Assembly: GCA_900314865.1 (NCBI GenBank)
Contig: OMWW01000001.1
Span: 1,457-65,456 of the forward strand
Length of the DNA stretch: 64,000 nucleotides
Source: an uncultured Erysipelotrichaceae bacterium
GTDB lineage: Bacteria > Bacillota_I > Bacilli_A > RFN20 > CAG-826
Direction of reading: 5' to 3'
The position numbers were made by a program, and so were the translations under genes. The first letter of the stretch is position 1. Each line of letters starts with the position of its first letter. The notes under the pieces were generated by a model. That model had not been told where the DNA came from. It saw only the letters and a program-made list of their open reading frames with translations, and ran no database searches. Positions 36,005-45,023 of this stretch are shown piece after piece.

Positions 36005-37039
36005 CTATTTCTTTTTTTCGACAACTGGTATTTCTTCTATTTTTGAATGTTCAATAAATAAATCGTAATCAGACACGAGTCTTTCTTCTTGTATAATTTG
36101 ATATTTCTCAAATTCACTTAACGCAAATTTTTCTGCCACTTCTCTCGAAACTTTCCCAGGGTTGTCCAACACTTCCCTACCACTTAATTGAAGCAAAATA
36201 TTAAGTCTCTTGATGTAATCATCCATCGTAAGTGGAATATGTCTTCTTGCCATATCCTCTCCAAAGTCTAAAAACATACTTACCAACAACGATAGAGAAG
36301 TTAATTCTTCTTTTTCTAAATAGTTCTTTGCGATAACAACATCACTTCTATGAATTCTTCCTTGCGGCGCACTATTCCAAGTTTTTAATCCCATATGATC
36401 TTTTGTTGCATCTGCACGATTCTTTATAATTTCAGGAGCGGTATTTCCTGAAACAGCATAATGCAATTTATTTTGTACCGTTTTAAAAAACTCAAATGTT
36501 CTATCGTCTTGGTTGTCATAGTCAATTGCGGTAGCGAATAAATCGGTTACTTTTTGATACATTCTTCTTTCACTTAAACGAATCAGTCTTATTTCTTCCA
36601 GAAGCTCATCATAATAATCCTTTGTTAAATAAGCTCCATTGGCTAATCTTACGTTATCCAAGGCATAGCCCTTTATTGTGTACTTTTTAAGAATATTAAT
36701 TGCCCAGCTTCTAAACTCTGTTGCTTTGGCGGAATTAACCCTAAAACCAACCGCAATAATCACTTCTAATGAGTAAAAGTTAATGTTTCTTTCAATTTGT
36801 CTATTGCCTTCGTTTTGAACTAATCTAAAAATTTGATGAGTTGCCTTGTCATCTAATTCATTAGATGAATAGATTTGATTAATATGGTAACTGACGTTAT
36901 TAGGCTCACAATCAAATAAATCTGCAATTGATTTTTGTGTAAGCCATAAATTGTCATCTTCTATAACTGAAGCAACAGTATTTTCTTTTGATTGATATGT
37001 AAATATAAGTGATTCAACTAATGCAATTTTATTTTTCAT
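36005..37039 (-). CDS. RhuM-family (virulence-associated, Fic/DOC-related) protein
   Basis: N-terminal block WLTQKSIADLF...YSLEVIIAVGFRVNSAKATEFRSWAINILKKYTIKGYALD is the RhuM family signature region. Confidence 0.75.
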   Translation of the reverse strand: MKNKIALVESLIFTYQSKENTVASVIEDDNLWLTQKSIADLFDCEPNNVSYHINQIYSSNELDDKATHQIFRLVQNEGNRQIERNINFYSLEVIIAVGFRVNSAKATEFRSWAINILKKYTIKGYALDNVRLANGAYLTKDYYDELLEEIRLIRLSERRMYQKVTDLFATAIDYDNQDDRTFEFFKTVQNKLHYAVSGNTAPEIIKNRADATKDHMGLKTWNSAPQGRIHRSDVVIAKNYLEKEELTSLSLLVSMFLDFGEDMARRHIPLTMDDYIKRLNILLQLSGREVLDNPGKVSREVAEKFALSEFEKYQIIQEERLVSDYDLFIEHSKIEEIPVVEKKK

Positions 37040-37210
37040 AATAGTTCTCCTTCATATATATTATATAATAATATAATTGAACTATCAATATATTTGAAAG
37101 TTGAATTGCTCACAAGAAAAGACCTCACATGGAGGCCTCATCTATGTTGGATAAGTCGTTTTGTGCAAAACCGGATTAGGGACTTTGGCCGACGACAATT
37201 TTCATATTTA

Positions 37211-37286
37211 TGGTGGATCTGAGGAGGCTCGAACTCCCTACCTCATCGTTGCGAACGATGCGCTCTCCCAGGTGAGCTACAGACCC
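37211..37286 (-). tRNA. tRNA-Ala (G3:U70 identity pair; anticodon loop TTCGCAA gives anticodon CGC), CCA encoded
   Basis: Hand-folded cloverleaf: acceptor GGGTCTG/CAGATCC with G3:U70, D-arm TAGCTCACCTGGGAGAGC, anticodon stem CATCG/CGATG, T-arm GGGAG-TTCGAGC-CTCCT, 3' ACCA. Confidence 0.8.
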
Positions 37287-37333
37287 AGTGCTTAATATCA
37301 TAATCAATTGAGGTTATATTTTCAATATCAACT

Positions 37334-39478
37334 CTATCTTAATACAGGAATAATATAACTTGGCTCTTCAATCGCATTAAAGAGGTTCCAGTTCACACTT
37401 CGATATCCACAAGTGTTGTAGAAGGTTTTGTCCACTTCTAAAGGAAGGAGGATACCATCTTTTTCTTCTCTACTGAGTTCATAATTAAATACGTTGTCAC
37501 TTGAATAATAGCAACTACGTAAATCAGTTAACGCAGTGGACATGATGCCTTTATTACCATCGATATAATCAAAGTTAACTTTGTTCTTAAGAAACATCAC
37601 TCCTTCTATTTCTTTCCCGTCTTCAATAATCACACCCGCAAAATAGACGTGCTTATTCGCTACACATTCAATATCGTTGTTATATAGGATTACTCTTTTG
37701 ATTGATTTCACAAAGGTATTCGCCACTAAAGATATGGAGGAGTAATATTGTGTTCCACTTAAATACACATTCGTGTCACTCATGTATGAATCTCGAATTG
37801 AGTAGTTATTAGATTGTGAACTTCTCGCTAAAAAACAAGAGAGATGACATTCTGATTTATCTCCATTAACAATCAAAGAACTGTTTTTGATTTCAACCTT
37901 TTCCATCGAGGCTCTAACACCACACGCAACCACAATACTTGCAAATGTGTCATTAGTCTTGGCATTTGCCTTCACATGAACGTTATTAAATCTCACGTTT
38001 GAAAGCACAAAATCTTCACCACTTCCAAATAAAGAGGCAACATGTGTTGCGTTATCGGCCTCAATTTTCGTTTCAACAGTGAAATCAACAACATCTAAAT
38101 CATAGATAACTCCGAAGAAGAAAGAGAAGATACCATAATCATAATTACCTTCAACCTTATCGACTTTAGTAATAGAAGCGTGACCAATTGAGTGGCCATT
38201 CCCATCAATCACTCCTTTGACACATAAAAGATAATCTAAGGATGTAACTTCAATGTCCTCGTTCAAAACATAATATAAATATTCATCTTGATGATTAAAG
38301 AAATCGGAGTAGCTATTAACGTAAGTGATATGATTACTACTAACCACTCCAAAAAGGAACATATCGTTATTAGTGAACGCATAATCAATTTGATTGTTAC
38401 TATCAAGATATCGAATCTTGGTTAATTGAATAAAGGAACTAAATCCATAACTCGTATAGATAGAAGTGAACACCGATTTATCAATCGTCACTACTTCTTT
38501 TTCTTGAGTAAGCTTAGTGTCATCAATTTCATAACTTGTTTCGTCAATCTTGAGAAACACTTTTTCAACTTTCAAATCATCATTGTTATTAAGGATGATT
38601 GATAAACCTTCGGGGTTATTGACATCATAAATATGATCTTGATTAACCTCATCAATCATATAGTCGATAGTGAGGCTACCATCTCCTCCGATATATTCCC
38701 CACCATTTTCTTGATACGTCGCTATATAAGTAACATCACTACTAACATTAACAATGTCTTTGTCCCAACCAACGAAATCATAGCTATAAATTAGAGTGGA
38801 TGGCTTAGTAGGAATTTCTCCTTTATATGTAGGAAGTTCGTTATATAGGTAGCTTTCTTTATATATCACAGTCCCATCATAGTTAGCCCAAGCGACTTCA
38901 TATCTTTGATTGTTAGTCTTGTTTCGATTAACAAGTAATACAGTAGTCATCACTCCCGCGATAGCGATAACCGTGGCGATAGAGGAAAACAATATCCATT
39001 TATGTTTCTTCTTACCTACATCTTCCTCAACAACTTCATCTTTGATAACAAAATATAATTCATCAACTTTGAGTTTATATATTTCACATAACTTTAAATA
39101 ACTAGCGAGGTTAGGGTATGAACTTCCTTTTTCCCACGCGCTTATGGTTTTCGTGTTTACATTTAAGATATCCGCTAAATCGGATAAGGTGTAGCCAGCT
39201 TTCTTTCTTAAATACTTCAAGTTTTTAGCGAACTTGTCCGCATCAAAGTCACTCTTCTCACACCTATCATTCTTTTTAGTGGCTTTCTTATTGATAAAAC
39301 CTTCTAGATCAACTTCAAGTAAAGAAGCATATTTAGACCATACACTTAAATCTGGAAAGCTTCTTCCACTTTCCCACGCAGAAACACTTTGAGAAGAATA
39401 ACCTAATATCTCTCCAATCTTGTTTTGAGATAAGTTAACTGTATTTCTTCGTTCCAGAAAAAAATCAGAATGGTCCAT
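37334..39478 (-). CDS. Membrane-anchored regulator: two N-terminal XRE-type HTH domains, one TM helix, large extracellular domain with Listeria-Bacteroides-type repeat and beta-helix-like repeats
   Basis: HTH1 LSQNKIGEILGYSSQSVSAWESGRSFPD; HTH2 AGYTLSDLADILNVNTKTISAWEKGSSYPN; TM WILFSSIATVIAIAGVMTTVLLV; YxFxGWDKD repeat; repetitive V/N/S-rich C-terminal segments. Confidence 0.6.
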   Translation of the reverse strand: MDHSDFFLERRNTVNLSQNKIGEILGYSSQSVSAWESGRSFPDLSVWSKYASLLEVDLEGFINKKATKKNDRCEKSDFDADKFAKNLKYLRKKAGYTLSDLADILNVNTKTISAWEKGSSYPNLASYLKLCEIYKLKVDELYFVIKDEVVEEDVGKKKHKWILFSSIATVIAIAGVMTTVLLVNRNKTNNQRYEVAWANYDGTVIYKESYLYNELPTYKGEIPTKPSTLIYSYDFVGWDKDIVNVSSDVTYIATYQENGGEYIGGDGSLTIDYMIDEVNQDHIYDVNNPEGLSIILNNNDDLKVEKVFLKIDETSYEIDDTKLTQEKEVVTIDKSVFTSIYTSYGFSSFIQLTKIRYLDSNNQIDYAFTNNDMFLFGVVSSNHITYVNSYSDFFNHQDEYLYYVLNEDIEVTSLDYLLCVKGVIDGNGHSIGHASITKVDKVEGNYDYGIFSFFFGVIYDLDVVDFTVETKIEADNATHVASLFGSGEDFVLSNVRFNNVHVKANAKTNDTFASIVVACGVRASMEKVEIKNSSLIVNGDKSECHLSCFLARSSQSNNYSIRDSYMSDTNVYLSGTQYYSSISLVANTFVKSIKRVILYNNDIECVANKHVYFAGVIIEDGKEIEGVMFLKNKVNFDYIDGNKGIMSTALTDLRSCYYSSDNVFNYELSREEKDGILLPLEVDKTFYNTCGYRSVNWNLFNAIEEPSYIIPVLR

Positions 39479-39519
39479 ACATCACATATTGTACATCATT
39501 CTGATTAATTCTTTATGCT

Positions 39520-39738
39520 CTACTTCTCTACTAAGAAATAAGTGTCATCTTTTTTGTTATATTCAATATCGTAATCAAGATAGAAGTTATAGAAGAATGC
39601 GCGTAGCTCCTGTATATATCTCGCGAATGTGAGGTTATTAATCATCAATTCCGATTGAATTTCACTTTTAATAAGATGTCCTTTCTTCATTAAAGTAACA
39701 TACATATACAAAAGTGCCTGTGTCTTGTTTACTTTCAT
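39520..39738 (-). CDS. Small (72 aa) hypothetical protein, possibly a DNA-binding regulator
   Basis: ORF only; faint HTH-like segment LTFARYIQELR; immediately upstream of the HTH-membrane regulator. Confidence 0.25.
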   Translation of the reverse strand: MKVNKTQALLYMYVTLMKKGHLIKSEIQSELMINNLTFARYIQELRAFFYNFYLDYDIEYNKKDDTYFLVEK

Positions 39739-40027
39739 CTTATTTTTCTCCTTTACATGTGAAAGTAGACAATAACGTTATTGTGGCATCTCTGCCTCGT
39801 GTCGACATCATCATTATTCGATATGGATGGCATTTGTTGATAGTTAACATCTTGGATTTTTCTATAAAAAATTGGATAAAGATAGAAATTAGAAAAATAG
39901 TAATAGATGTCTATATCAATATTTGATACGCAATTGGTAAACACTATATGTATAGATTAGAGATTATCAGTTTTTGATAGAAGCTCTTAGTAACATTGAG
40001 ATGAATTGTTAGAAAGAGGAAGTTTTT

Positions 40028-40480
40028 ATGAAAAAAATGTTGTTTTCACTCATTTTTACTCCACTACTTTTGCTGTCCTTAACCAGATGTAAGAAGAATA
40101 GTCAAAGCAGCCAAAGTGGTCAAAGCATAGTTGCCTATGGTGCGGATATGCTTAATTACGTGGATTTCAATGTCTCGTATAGGATAGATGAGAAATACAA
40201 ATTAGACAGTGTATATGTTGTTGCCGAAGTAAAGGCAAAGGCAGGATATAGAATCACTAAAATAATCACTTATATCGAATGTGGTATTTCATATTCCGCA
40301 ACTGATATGTATGGCGAAGATAAGAGTGGTTTTAAAACTAAAGATATATATATCTACTCAACCGATAAAAAATTTGAAGAACATGTTGTATCAGAAACAG
40401 ATGTGACATATGTTAGGGCATATTTTCAAAGAACGGTCTCCAAAAGCGGCGGATCACAATGTAATTTAGAAAAACTATAG
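40028..40480 (+). CDS. Small secreted/lipoprotein of unknown function
   Basis: Signal peptide MKKMLFSLIFTPLLLLSLTRC; RBS GAGGAAG. Confidence 0.45.
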   Translation: MKKMLFSLIFTPLLLLSLTRCKKNSQSSQSGQSIVAYGADMLNYVDFNVSYRIDEKYKLDSVYVVAEVKAKAGYRITKIITYIECGISYSATDMYGEDKSGFKTKDIYIYSTDKKFEEHVVSETDVTYVRAYFQRTVSKSGGSQCNLEKL

Positions 40481-40491
40481 GATAGTAACTT

Positions 40492-41523
40492 ATGAAGAAA
40501 ACATTATTTATAGTATTTGGTTTATTGCTTAGTGTGGTCTCTTGCTCATCAGAAAACGAAACTGAGGAATATCGTCATCCTGACTGCACTATTAATTTCG
40601 TCAATTATAATGGTGACCATTTATATGAAACAACCGTGCCATATCACGGCACCGCAGTGTATAAAGGTAAAACTCCAACTAGACCAACTGTAGGATATAC
40701 ATCGTATAAATTTAAAGGGTGGGATAGAGATTTGACCTATGTTGAATATAGTTTTACAACTCAAGCCCAATATGAAGTCATACATGATAAAAGCGATCCA
40801 GAATACACGAATATAACTACCATCCATATGAATGGCGAAAACGATATATCAAGCATCTCATATTCTGGTTTGAATGAGGAAGAACTCATATTTCCTGATT
40901 ATTATAACGGATTTCCTATTTGGAGCCTCGGAAAAGACAGAAACGATAACACAACACGCGAATTCGTATCCGGCAGTATCTTATCTAAAAAAATAAAATT
41001 CCCAACTGGCGCTCAAATTATAGGAAATCGAGCTTTTTGGGGATACAAAAGAGGCTTTGCATTTGAAAGCGTTGAACTTCCAAAAGAATGTAAAGAAGTA
41101 AGAAAATGGGCTTTCAGAAATAACAGCAAACTTAAATCAATCACACTAAATGAAAAATTAGAAACCATTGAAGAACTTGCGTTTGCAGAAATCGGTGGAA
41201 TTAAATCGTTAGTGCTTAACAAAAACTTAAAAACAATTGGAGACAGTGCTTTCTTCGCCGCATTCAATAATGAAGTATCAATTTCAATTTATGTTCCTAA
41301 ATCAGTTCAAAATATAGGAGAATATGCGTTTAAAGACACAGACTATGTAAGAGTTGGTTATGGAGAATATGAAGAACAACCAGCCAATATAACCTTCTAT
41401 TGTGAAGCAGAATCAAAACCATATGGTTGGAGTGATAAATGGAATTGGTACGACACAAAACAAGGATACAATAAGCCTGCCCCAGCGTATGAGACATACT
41501 GGGGCGAATCTTATCCATATTAA
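40492..41523 (+). CDS. Surface lipoprotein with BspA-type leucine-rich repeats
   Basis: Lipobox LSVVSCSS; repeats of IGNRAFWG...LKSITLNEKLETIEELAF...IKSLVLNKNLKTIGDSAF (LRR_5/BspA pattern); N-terminal YKFKGWDRD repeat shared with 37334-39478. Confidence 0.6.
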   Translation: MKKTLFIVFGLLLSVVSCSSENETEEYRHPDCTINFVNYNGDHLYETTVPYHGTAVYKGKTPTRPTVGYTSYKFKGWDRDLTYVEYSFTTQAQYEVIHDKSDPEYTNITTIHMNGENDISSISYSGLNEEELIFPDYYNGFPIWSLGKDRNDNTTREFVSGSILSKKIKFPTGAQIIGNRAFWGYKRGFAFESVELPKECKEVRKWAFRNNSKLKSITLNEKLETIEELAFAEIGGIKSLVLNKNLKTIGDSAFFAAFNNEVSISIYVPKSVQNIGEYAFKDTDYVRVGYGEYEEQPANITFYCEAESKPYGWSDKWNWYDTKQGYNKPAPAYETYWGESYPY

Positions 41524-41547
41524 TAAGAAAAATAAAGGAGATTATTT

Positions 41548-42546
41548 GTGGATTTAGAAAAAGAAAAAGTCGCAAGAGTGTTGGTGTTTATATGCCTTAT
41601 AGGCGTATTAGTTCACTTCTTCTCATATTTTGCAAAGATAGATTATCCAGTCTATAAATTAGTTGAAACTGTATTTAGCAAGCATTATGAATGGGTAATG
41701 GAAGATTCCAATTTATTCTCTATCACCGCTGCAGAAAACAAATATTATCAAATAATAAGTCCATTCTTTTTAACAATTGGAAGTCTAGTTCTCGCTGTGC
41801 TAATAACATTCTTTGTCATTATCAAAATGACCGAACTCGAAAAGTGTGGCAAAGGAATTGCAATTTCCTGTTTAATTCTTGGTGTTATGTTGTTAGTTTC
41901 ATTCGCATTAGAAAATATGCTTTTCCAAAGACAATTCAATGTGAGGGATTCATTAATCGAGTTAACAAAAGGTAAAGTAGAAGTAGAACAAAAAACGAAT
42001 GCTTCGCTTTGGTATATGTATTTAGGCGGTTTCATAGGTGGTTTTTCCGCTATATTAGCAGGATTAATTTGTTTCATTGGTGACGTAGCACCATCTAGAC
42101 CAGCTGTTGTTAAATCACCAAAACAAGTTGTTAGAAAATCTTATTCAACCACTGTTTCTTCTCAACCAAAACCATCACAACCAGTGGCAAAACCTGGTTC
42201 TACAATGATCATTAGAGAAAAGGAAACACCTAAGCCTGTAACAGAAACAAGAACTCCAATCATTGAGAAACCAACAGAAGTATTTAACGAAAGTGATGTT
42301 GTGGAATTAATTAGAGACACGACGGGATTTAAGCAAGGCACTAAGTTAATTGTGGTTGATGATTCAGGAACATCAAAAATCATTGTCAAACAAATGCTTG
42401 GCAACGCTAATTACAGCATTAGTAGAGATGCTCTTAAATTGTCTAAAGCCGATTTGAGTGAAGAAGAAAAAAATGAAGATGGTTCAGTAAATAAGACTTA
42501 TTCCAATGGGCTTAAAATCAAAATCACAGACCACACTAAAAAATAA
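41548..42546 (+). CDS. Membrane protein with Pro/Thr/Lys-rich linker; unknown function (GTG start)
   Basis: RBS AAGGAG 8 nt upstream of GTG; four predicted TM helices followed by a low-complexity cytoplasmic/extracellular tail. Confidence 0.45.
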   Translation: MDLEKEKVARVLVFICLIGVLVHFFSYFAKIDYPVYKLVETVFSKHYEWVMEDSNLFSITAAENKYYQIISPFFLTIGSLVLAVLITFFVIIKMTELEKCGKGIAISCLILGVMLLVSFALENMLFQRQFNVRDSLIELTKGKVEVEQKTNASLWYMYLGGFIGGFSAILAGLICFIGDVAPSRPAVVKSPKQVVRKSYSTTVSSQPKPSQPVAKPGSTMIIREKETPKPVTETRTPIIEKPTEVFNESDVVELIRDTTGFKQGTKLIVVDDSGTSKIIVKQMLGNANYSISRDALKLSKADLSEEEKNEDGSVNKTYSNGLKIKITDHTKK

Positions 42547-42584
42547 AGAATAAGGACTACTTTAATTGGTAGCCCTTTTAATAC

Positions 42585-42740
42585 TTATTCCTTATTTAAA
42601 TCCTCAATGAGTTCATCAACACTTTTATATTTCTTGACCCCATTAGGATTCTTTTCCATTTCTTCAACTTCTTTAAAAGCCGCTAGAGTGGTTTCGTTAG
42701 GAATGTCTATCTTTCGTTTGTTATCAGTTCTTGTATTCAT
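42585..42740 (-). CDS. 51-aa ORF resembling the C-terminal half of a RelB/DinJ-family antitoxin (truncated/orphan)
   Basis: Own translation MNTRTDNKRKIDIPNETTLAAFKEVEEMEKNPNGVKKYKSVDELIEDLNKE; the IPNETTLAA...KS(F/V)DELIEDL pattern matches the DinJ/RelB C-terminus. No RHH N-terminus and no toxin gene nearby. Below the ORF-track size cutoff. Confidence 0.35.
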   Translation of the reverse strand: MNTRTDNKRKIDIPNETTLAAFKEVEEMEKNPNGVKKYKSVDELIEDLNKE

Positions 42741-42844
42741 AATTCTACTATAACCAAATTTATTTTATCACTCAGTCTAATCTTAAAATCAACATAAAAA
42801 GGAAGCACATTGTGCTCCCTCTTCGTTCAGTTATTAGATAACCA

Positions 42845-43387
42845 CTATTTTTGTTCAATAACTTTGTCGTCTTTTTTGTTAGCTTTTGTGAATAAGGTAA
42901 CAAGGAGTAAGTATAAACCACTAAGAGCGGTTAATACACCAACGACGATCCAGAAGACAGTTCTGAAGTCTGGGACTTTGATGTAAAGAACACCGAATAA
43001 GACGAATAAAGCGCCAACAATGATTTCACCAACACCGACAAAAGCGCTGATTTTAATCGCGGAATAAACGCCGTAGAGCACTAAAGCTGAACCAGCAGCG
43101 ATCAATAATAAGACAAAGACAGCAACGATCCATCCAAAGTGTAAGTAGCTAATTAATAAACCAATACCAATAGCGAGTAAGGCTGCTCCAGAAATTAATC
43201 CTGCTGGGGTCATAACTCTAAGTTTGATAAGAGCAAATAATTCTACTAAAAGTAAGACAGAGCCACTGACAACGAAGATAATGCCAAAGTATGTGCCCAT
43301 TGCGCCTTCTTTATAGATAGCAATAAGAACACCAACAACGATTGTGGCAACAGCCTCTAAAATTGTAAGTAATTTTTTACCATTCAT
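42845..43387 (-). CDS. HdeD/DUF308-like small membrane protein
   Basis: Probable start MNGKKLL at 43387 (RBS GAAAGGA); repeated G/A/V/I-rich TM pairs typical of DUF308. Confidence 0.4.
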   Translation of the reverse strand: MNGKKLLTILEAVATIVVGVLIAIYKEGAMGTYFGIIFVVSGSVLLLVELFALIKLRVMTPAGLISGAALLAIGIGLLISYLHFGWIVAVFVLLLIAAGSALVLYGVYSAIKISAFVGVGEIIVGALFVLFGVLYIKVPDFRTVFWIVVGVLTALSGLYLLLVTLFTKANKKDDKVIEQK

Positions 43388-43439
43388 AATTTTATTTATC
43401 CTTTCTACGTGATTATTATAAACAAAAAAAGAGAAAATG

Positions 43440-43955
43440 CTATTCATTTCTCTTTCTATTTAATAACTCTTTCAGTACTGGTATAAATGATGTAATAATG
43501 AGCTCCACTATCAATAGATAGATGTGTGTCTTAGCGTGATGCTCACCAGGAGTGATAATCAATAATACCGAGAATACAATCGCAACAGCGGATTCAATTC
43601 CGCTTATTATTGCGGGAATACCTTTAATTTCTCCAGAAGTGATTTCGTATATTTCTAGTGATTCTCTAAGTATTGACCATACACCCCACATCACACATAC
43701 AGCGACATAGTTTCTAATAGCGATTAAAGTCACAAGACCCAACAGAACCTCACTATATCCGAATATAAACCATATGCTTTTTCTTGCTTGAGTACGTTCT
43801 TTAATAGAAATAAGAATCACATTTTCTAATCCATAAAGAAGCATCAAAGAACCCACTAAATATTGAAGGTTCATTAAAAGCTCTTCTCTTAAAACAAAGA
43901 CGAGAACCGCAAAGGCGATAAAGACTACAAGTTTGAAGTAATGATAAATTTTCAT
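43440..43955 (-). CDS. Polytopic membrane protein, unknown function
   Basis: Hydrophobicity; translationally adjacent to the 42845-43387 gene. Confidence 0.4.
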   Translation of the reverse strand: MKIYHYFKLVVFIAFAVLVFVLREELLMNLQYLVGSLMLLYGLENVILISIKERTQARKSIWFIFGYSEVLLGLVTLIAIRNYVAVCVMWGVWSILRESLEIYEITSGEIKGIPAIISGIESAVAIVFSVLLIITPGEHHAKTHIYLLIVELIITSFIPVLKELLNRKRNE

Positions 43956-43957
43956 AT

Positions 43958-44908
43958 TTATTTAAATAAGATGAGACACGCTGCTCCAATTTTACCAGAA
44001 TCGTATCCTAAAGAAGAAACAATAACATCAACACTAGGAGATCCTTTCATTCCATAGTGTTCTTTTTCTAGATAATTTCTAACTCTAGAAAGTAAATATT
44101 CTCCTTCGTTAGCGACACCACCAGAAAGGATGATTGCTTCTGGTCTAAAGATATTACAATAATTGATTAAACCTTCACTAAGATACATGACATAGTCATC
44201 AACAAGCTTTTTACCATATTTATCGCCTCTTCTAGCAGCGATAAAGGCGTTTCTTGCATCAACTCCCGCTAATTCCTTTTCAACCGCAAATAAGAGCGAT
44301 TCTGGGTGTTTAGACATCATCATTCTTGTATCTTTGATTAATGCGGTCGCAGAAGCATAAGCTTCAAAGCACCCTTTTCTTCCGCATCCACATTTCTTGC
44401 CGTTTAATCTAATAACCATATGACCAAGTTCTGCACCTTGATGGAGATGTCCGTCAAAGAGTTTACCACCGATGATGATACCTCCTCCAACACCAGTGCC
44501 AAGAGTGATCATGATTAAGTCTTGATATTTATTGCCACTACCAAATTTGGCTTCACCTAAAGCTGCAACATTCGCATCATTATTGATTTTTACTTCGATA
44601 CCGACATGTTCTTCGATGAATTTCTTTAAGTTGTGGCCATTCCATTCAGGAAGATTTGGTGATTCGATAATCATCCCTTCATCCATGTCCATGATACCAG
44701 GCATACCAATACCGATACCCTTGACTTTTCCTTTTAATCCATTCTTTTCAATTTCTTCATTTAATAAGTCAGTGAGTTTTTTCACTTCTTTTTCAAACGG
44801 AGATTCTTTAACAACTTTCAAAGAAAAACGATGTAAGATTTCTCCCTTTTCATTGACGAATGCACCTTTGATTGATGTGCCACCAATATCAATACCAATT
44901 GCAATCAT
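43958..44908 (-). CDS. ROK-family sugar kinase (glucokinase-like)
   Basis: N-terminal IGIDIGGTSIKGA ATP-binding motif; ROK zinc motif CGCGRKGCFEAYAS; start taken at MIAIGIDIGG (44908, RBS AAAGG); track ORF extends upstream. Confidence 0.8.
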   Translation of the reverse strand: MIAIGIDIGGTSIKGAFVNEKGEILHRFSLKVVKESPFEKEVKKLTDLLNEEIEKNGLKGKVKGIGIGMPGIMDMDEGMIIESPNLPEWNGHNLKKFIEEHVGIEVKINNDANVAALGEAKFGSGNKYQDLIMITLGTGVGGGIIIGGKLFDGHLHQGAELGHMVIRLNGKKCGCGRKGCFEAYASATALIKDTRMMMSKHPESLLFAVEKELAGVDARNAFIAARRGDKYGKKLVDDYVMYLSEGLINYCNIFRPEAIILSGGVANEGEYLLSRVRNYLEKEHYGMKGSPSVDVIVSSLGYDSGKIGAACLILFK

Positions 44909-45023
44909 GTGTATGTTTGACCTTTCTATAAAATTATAGTTTATGAAGTGTCTATTTTCAATATAGACACAAGCGTAAAAAGAAAGGACGGTTTTCCGTC
45001 CCTTCACTATTTAATAGAAATAC

